From contig OZ241366.1 in the NCBI GenBank assembly GCA_965199905.1, positions 3,242,981-3,306,980 of the forward strand: a stretch of DNA of 64,000 bases, in the 5' to 3' direction. Below, one piece after another: positions 59,503 through 64,000 of the stretch; positions within the stretch are counted from its first letter, which is position 1; each line of letters starts with the position of its first letter. The position numbers and the translations under genes are program-made. Source of the DNA: Ilyomonas sp. Lineage in GTDB: Bacteria; Bacteroidota; Bacteroidia; Chitinophagales; Chitinophagaceae. The notes under the pieces are model-generated. The model was not told the DNA's origin. It worked only from the letters and a program-made list of their open reading frames with translations, and did not search any database.

Positions 59503-61518
59503 TTAATATTTTATCAGCTTTTCTATTATTTTATCCAGCCTCGATTTTGCCAGGAAATTCTTTTCCAATTCTATATTAAAAGGGATTGGTGTATCCAGGC
59601 TCGCGCATCTCGCCACGGGCGCGTCCAGCATCATATAACAATGTTCGTTTATCCACGCTGATAACTCGCCGCCAATGCCGCCGGTTAAGGTATCTTCATG
59701 CAAAATCAGAACTTTTCCTGTGCGTTGTACACTCGCTTTTATAGCTTCGTAATCCAGCGGTAATAAAGTTCGCAAATCAAGGATATCAAAAGACACATCT
59801 TTATATCTATCTGCACAATCCATTGCCCAATGAACGCCCATACCATAAGTGATGATGCTCACATCTGAGCCTCCTTTTACAATACGCGCCTTACCAATCT
59901 CTACTTCATAATAATCCGCTGGCACATTGCCTTCAATACTTCTATACATCGCTTTGTGCTCAAAAAACAATACAGGATTGGGATCATTAATTGCCGCAAT
60001 CAGCAAACCTTTTGCGTCCATTGGCGACGAAGGGTAAACCACTTTCAAACCCGGCGTATGTACAAACCAGGCTTCATTACTCTGGCTGTGAAACGGACCC
60101 GCGCCCACGCCCGCTCCCGTTGGCATACGAATCACCACATCTGCATTTTGTCCCCAGCGATAATTGATCTTCGCCAGGTTATTTACAATCTGGTTAAAGC
60201 CAACGGTTGCAAAATCGGCAAACTGCATTTCCATCACACTCTTGTATCCTTCCAAACTCAACCCAAGCGATGTACCCACAATAGCGCTTTCGCAGATTGG
60301 CGTATTACGCACCCGCGCCTTGCCAAATGCCTGAACAAATCCTTCCGTAATTTTAAAAGCTCCGCCATATCCGGCAATGTCCTGCCCCATCAAAATAAGA
60401 TTCGGATACTGAACCATACTTTGATACAATCCTTCTTTAATAGCATCAACAAACCGTTTTTCGGTTGATGGCTGATAGCTGGTAGTTGATGGTGAAGAAT
60501 TATCTAATACCATCACCGTAGGGCGGCGATACCCGGACGCGGATGCCGAATACACATCGTGCAGCTCTTCTTCCGTGTTTACTTTTATGGCGTCATTATT
60601 AGACAAGTTCAGCTCGTTGTCAATATGTTTTTTTATATCGTTGTATAATTCTTCCTTTTGTTCTTTGCCAATAACGCCTTCCTTTAACAGGAAATTCTCA
60701 TAGTTAACCACCGGGTCTTTTTTACCCCATTCTTCAAACAGTTTTGCCGGCACGTACTTCGTTCCGCTGGCTTCTTCGTGCCCGCGCATCCGGAAGGTAT
60801 CGCATTCTATCAGGTAAGGTTTGCCTTCGGCGATGCATTGCGTTCTGGCGCGGCTAACCGTTTCAATCACTTCAAGAATGTTATTTCCATCAATGCGCAC
60901 ACCGCTCATTCCATATCCACGCGCTCTGTCTACCAAATGCTCGCAGGCATATTGTTCGTTCGTCGGCGTGCTAAGCCCGTAGCCATTATTTTCTATTAAA
61001 AAAATAACCGGCAGCTTCCATACTGCAGCCACATTCAGGGCTTCGTGAAAATCGCCTTCACTTGTGCCGCCTTCACCCGTAAAGGCAAGCGACACTTTTT
61101 TATCACTCCGTAATTTATAAGCTAATGAAACACCATCGGCAATAGCAAGCTGCGGACCGAGATGAGAAATCATGCCGCAGATATGATGCGCGCGGCTCCC
61201 AAAATGAAAGCTCCGCTCCCGCCCTTTGCTGTATCCTTCCGAGCTGCCCTGCCATTGAGCAAACAACTTACGCAACGGCATGTTGCGCGTGGTAAATACA
61301 CCAAGGTTGCGGTGCAGCGGCATAATCCATTCATCATCCTGCAAGGCATATATACTGCCCACAGCAATGGCTTCCTGCCCGATGCCGCTGAACCATTTGC
61401 TGATCTTTCCCTGTCGCAGCAGCACCAGCATTTTTTCCTCTATCAGCCGCGGCAGTAAAAGCTTTTTATAAATAGCAATGAGTTGTTCGTTAGAAAACCC
61501 TCTCCTGTTAAATTGCAT
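59503..61518 (-). CDS. Fused 2-oxoacid (probably branched-chain) dehydrogenase E1 alpha/beta
   Basis: SGIGQEA, GEGGTSEGDFHEALN, ENNGY, RMRGHEE, NTPICE, EMQFADF, GPFHSQ, DLRTLLPLD. Confidence 0.93.
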   Translation of the reverse strand: MQFNRRGFSNEQLIAIYKKLLLPRLIEEKMLVLLRQGKISKWFSGIGQEAIAVGSIYALQDDEWIMPLHRNLGVFTTRNMPLRKLFAQWQGSSEGYSKGRERSFHFGSRAHHICGMISHLGPQLAIADGVSLAYKLRSDKKVSLAFTGEGGTSEGDFHEALNVAAVWKLPVIFLIENNGYGLSTPTNEQYACEHLVDRARGYGMSGVRIDGNNILEVIETVSRARTQCIAEGKPYLIECDTFRMRGHEEASGTKYVPAKLFEEWGKKDPVVNYENFLLKEGVIGKEQKEELYNDIKKHIDNELNLSNNDAIKVNTEEELHDVYSASASGYRRPTVMVLDNSSPSTTSYQPSTEKRFVDAIKEGLYQSMVQYPNLILMGQDIAGYGGAFKITEGFVQAFGKARVRNTPICESAIVGTSLGLSLEGYKSVMEMQFADFATVGFNQIVNNLAKINYRWGQNADVVIRMPTGAGVGAGPFHSQSNEAWFVHTPGLKVVYPSSPMDAKGLLIAAINDPNPVLFFEHKAMYRSIEGNVPADYYEVEIGKARIVKGGSDVSIITYGMGVHWAMDCADRYKDVSFDILDLRTLLPLDYEAIKASVQRTGKVLILHEDTLTGGIGGELSAWINEHCYMMLDAPVARCASLDTPIPFNIELEKNFLAKSRLDKIIEKLIKY

Positions 61519-61710
61519 GAAACCGTTTTGGTGTAATGGCAAAGGCGAAGATAACAGATAGCCATCAGCCGTTAGCTACGAGCCAACCGTTTTGGAAATT
61601 GAATTAATAAAAAAGCGAACATCTGATTGTTATGAACAAAATCCCATTTTGAACAAGCCGGTTTGTTTACATAATACAACTTATAGCTGACAACCCACGC
61701 CTCATACCTT

Positions 61711-62415
61711 TTAAAATATTTCCTCCAGCTCCTGCAGGTGATGAATGATATAAGTGGGTTCAATAAGATCATCCACATCAATGCACAAATGATTCACAAA
61801 CACAGTGTCTAAACCGGCATTCATTGCGCCGCCAATATCCGCATCCAGGTTGTCTCCTATCATGATGCATTCATCCGCATTTGTACCACAACGCTTCATG
61901 GCAAAATCAAAAATCTCTTTATCCGGTTTCAGGCTATTGCTGTTTTCCGACGTAATCACTTCAGTAAAAAAATGCCGCAGGTTACTACTTGCTAACTTAC
62001 TGTGTTGCACTGCATCAAAACCGTTGGTAATAAGGTGCATTGCGTATCCTTTATCCCGCAGGTAAGTCAAAATTTCTATCGTATATGGAAACAGGTTTTT
62101 CTTCAGCGGCAATATCTGTAGAAACTCTACCGACATCTGCTTAGCCAGCGCTTCCTCTGCAATCTTAAAGTCTAATAATGCCAGCCACATACGCTTCCAC
62201 CGCAGCTCTTCCTGCTTTATGAAACCCTTTGTGTACCTGTCCCACAGCTTATGATTATGATAACTGTATTGATTGAAGAAAGAGTCAAAACTATACACGC
62301 CCCTTTTATCAAGCTGGTGAGCGATATGCAAATCATGCAGCGATTCTTTTGCATTCATTTCAAAATCCCACAATGTATGATCAAGGTCAAAGAATAAGTG
62401 CTGGTATTGTTTCAT
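61711..62415 (-). CDS. YjjG family HAD pyrimidine nucleotidase
   Basis: FFDLDHTLWDF, LITNGF, KPDKEIF, MIGDNLDADI; start at MKQYQH. Confidence 0.92.
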   Translation of the reverse strand: MKQYQHLFFDLDHTLWDFEMNAKESLHDLHIAHQLDKRGVYSFDSFFNQYSYHNHKLWDRYTKGFIKQEELRWKRMWLALLDFKIAEEALAKQMSVEFLQILPLKKNLFPYTIEILTYLRDKGYAMHLITNGFDAVQHSKLASSNLRHFFTEVITSENSNSLKPDKEIFDFAMKRCGTNADECIMIGDNLDADIGGAMNAGLDTVFVNHLCIDVDDLIEPTYIIHHLQELEEIF

Positions 62416-62595
62416 AAAAAGAAAACACCAAATATAAAAAGCGCCGGATAGAATCAGGAATTCATCTTCCCTAAAAGCATCAAAAACTTTCTTCCCACGC
62501 AATTTCTGAGAGTCCTGAACCGTGCAGACCGACAGCTTGTAAACCATTAACAACCACAAATAACTTTTATTCTATAAACAATCACATCCGCAATT

Positions 62596-63128
62596 ATGGC
62601 ACAAAACGAAACCGGCCACGAAAAGAACTTCGCCAACTTTAAAAGCTCAACATTATTATGGGTATGGTCAAAGATTACCAGCCTGACAATCCCCTCGCCT
62701 CACTTGAAAATGCACAAAACATCATCGCTAAAGGCGAGCCCGTTATAACCAGCATCCGCAAAGAAACCTTTCCCGTTTATTCTAAAGCGGTTGCCGACAC
62801 CGAAGAAGAAGTTGAAACCGCCGTTTCCTTAACCGGCAAGATTCGCTCCTCCCGCACCAAAAAGAAACCAAAGGAAGAAGTACCCGACGCACCGCCTGCC
62901 GAACATTCCACCTCGCAGCGTACCTACGATTACCAGATTGCTTTCTTCTCCGAGCTCATTGGCGTTTTTACCACCAATGGCAAATACAAACCAAAACAAA
63001 CCGGCATGTTGCCTGTCGCCGAAAAAGTAAAAGATTACCTGTCCTTCATTTACGAGTATGGCATCTCCGAAATGAAATACATCAACGCCTCAAATTCACT
63101 TATCCGAAGAAATAATATAGTTAAGTAG
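62596..63128 (+). pseudogene. Frameshifted Bacteroidota helical hypothetical protein
   Basis: ATG 62596 gives MAQNETGHEKNFANFK, then a 1-nt shift in an A-run joins the ORF-track frame LNIIMGMVKDYQP...SSQRTYD...TGMLPVAEKVKDY. Confidence 0.6.
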
Positions 63129-63130
63129 TC

Positions 63131-63325
63131 ATGCACAATTATGCATGCAAAACTCAGTTATCAGATTCCGCATGGCGCTGAAGATGCCACAGGTTGCGGA
63201 ATGATGAAGTGATGGCGGTAAACCTGACCACAGAATGCCTGGGCATTGACAGTGAAAATCATTTGTTCTCAAAACTGAACAAAGAGCACCGGGCTGATTT
63301 TAAAAACCTGTTCAGCCGTAAGTAA
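63131..63325 (+). pseudogene. IS982-family transposase 5' remnant
   Basis: ATGCACAAT start; VMAVNLTTECLGIDSENHLFSKLNKEHRADFKNLFSRK* resembles the IS982 N-terminal motif (ALSLTAE.LSIDSEN.LF.KL) as recalled. Confidence 0.7.
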
Positions 63326-63372
63326 GAATTAGAATCTCCTAATATTGAATAAGCCTATTCCCTACTCTTTCC

Positions 63373-63999
63373 TTATCGGCCACCCGTAATAGCTGTTGTA
63401 AAGCGTGGCAACATCCGCTTTAAAAGCCAATAAATAAGTAATGATAAAACGACAACAACTAATACTACAAAAAAGAAGAAAAAAGTTAAGTATAAATCGC
63501 TCTGAGGGTGAAAAGCAATGAATAGTATTCTTTTAATAATAGTAAGTAAAGGTTCATGTATAGCAAACAGGAAAAAAGCTGATTGTAAAAGAAATGTGTG
63601 TACTCTGATTTTGCCATTAATAAGTAGATAGCTAACTACTTTAAACCAGAAAAAGATTCCAATAATAATTCCGGCATTGTGTAAAATTGGGTTCCATGTA
63701 TATCGCTCTGTTAGCAAATCAGCAATTACAATCAACGGATACAATAAAGGGAAATAAGTTATTTTTTCCGTTACAGTCACTAAGTTCTTCTTATGTAAAC
63801 TAAACCAGGCTCCAAACGTAAAAAAGAAGATGGCTATCATGCTTAATCCGGGTATTGGAAAGCCATATCCATAATACCATAACATGGCTAAAGCAAGTAA
63901 GCCAGGCCAACTAAAATATTTGATATAAACATAAATCAGAGGTGTCAAAATAACGGTAACCATCAGGTCACGGATAAACCAGAATTGATAAGAAATAGG
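63373..63999 (-). CDS. Acyltransferase family 3 membrane protein, 3' part (runs off the window end)
   Basis: Frame open to the edge: PISYQFWFIRDLMVTVILTP; many TM helices; FFLFAIHEP; TGGR end; low GC. Confidence 0.85.
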   Translation of the reverse strand, partial: PISYQFWFIRDLMVTVILTPLIYVYIKYFSWPGLLALAMLWYYGYGFPIPGLSMIAIFFFTFGAWFSLHKKNLVTVTEKITYFPLLYPLIVIADLLTERYTWNPILHNAGIIIGIFFWFKVVSYLLINGKIRVHTFLLQSAFFLFAIHEPLLTIIKRILFIAFHPQSDLYLTFFFFFVVLVVVVLSLLIYWLLKRMLPRFTTAITGGR

Positions 64000-64000
64000 C

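Noticed and set aside
523-61781. Many short ORF-track entries antisense to or overlapping recognised genes (e.g. 11434-12018, 53598-54308, 59956-60468)
   Set aside because: Shadows of well-supported genes; no recognisable motifs.
1-64000. CRISPR array, rRNA, tRNA, prophage or intact transposase
   Set aside because: No regularly spaced repeat-spacer units, cloverleafs, rRNA signatures or phage/transposase ORFs seen.

Overview
Ordinary chromosomal window of a Bacteroidota bacterium, most likely Chitinophagaceae (inferred from T9SS C-terminal domains, TAnnTTTG promoter boxes, split MetH and a fused 2-oxoacid dehydrogenase E1). It is mostly housekeeping genes (dut, dnaN, mltG, coaD, pyrB, recQ, nadD, ybeY, mnmG, nadA, metH, recR). 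A probable replication origin lies at about 51.7-51.95 kb (DnaA-box cluster next to an AT-rich tract, parS-like palindrome at 47.88 kb), but spot-counted GC skew runs opposite to the textbook origin polarity. Accessory content: a translationally coupled UbiA / type III PKS / methyltransferase / flavoprotein operon, an AraC + TetX-like monooxygenase pair, an orphan Nmad3-like gene, a J-domain coiled-coil gene, and decayed remnants (RelE/ParE toxin, HsdS-like domain, IS982, MITE-like element). Non-coding signals: a SAM-II-type riboswitch ahead of metH, a five-copy modular intergenic element with a swappable central hairpin, a three-copy long inverted-repeat family, and many heptamer tandem arrays, two of them inside enzyme genes. 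No rRNA, tRNA, CRISPR array or intact transposase was seen. All family assignments come from motif recognition by eye, not database searches.
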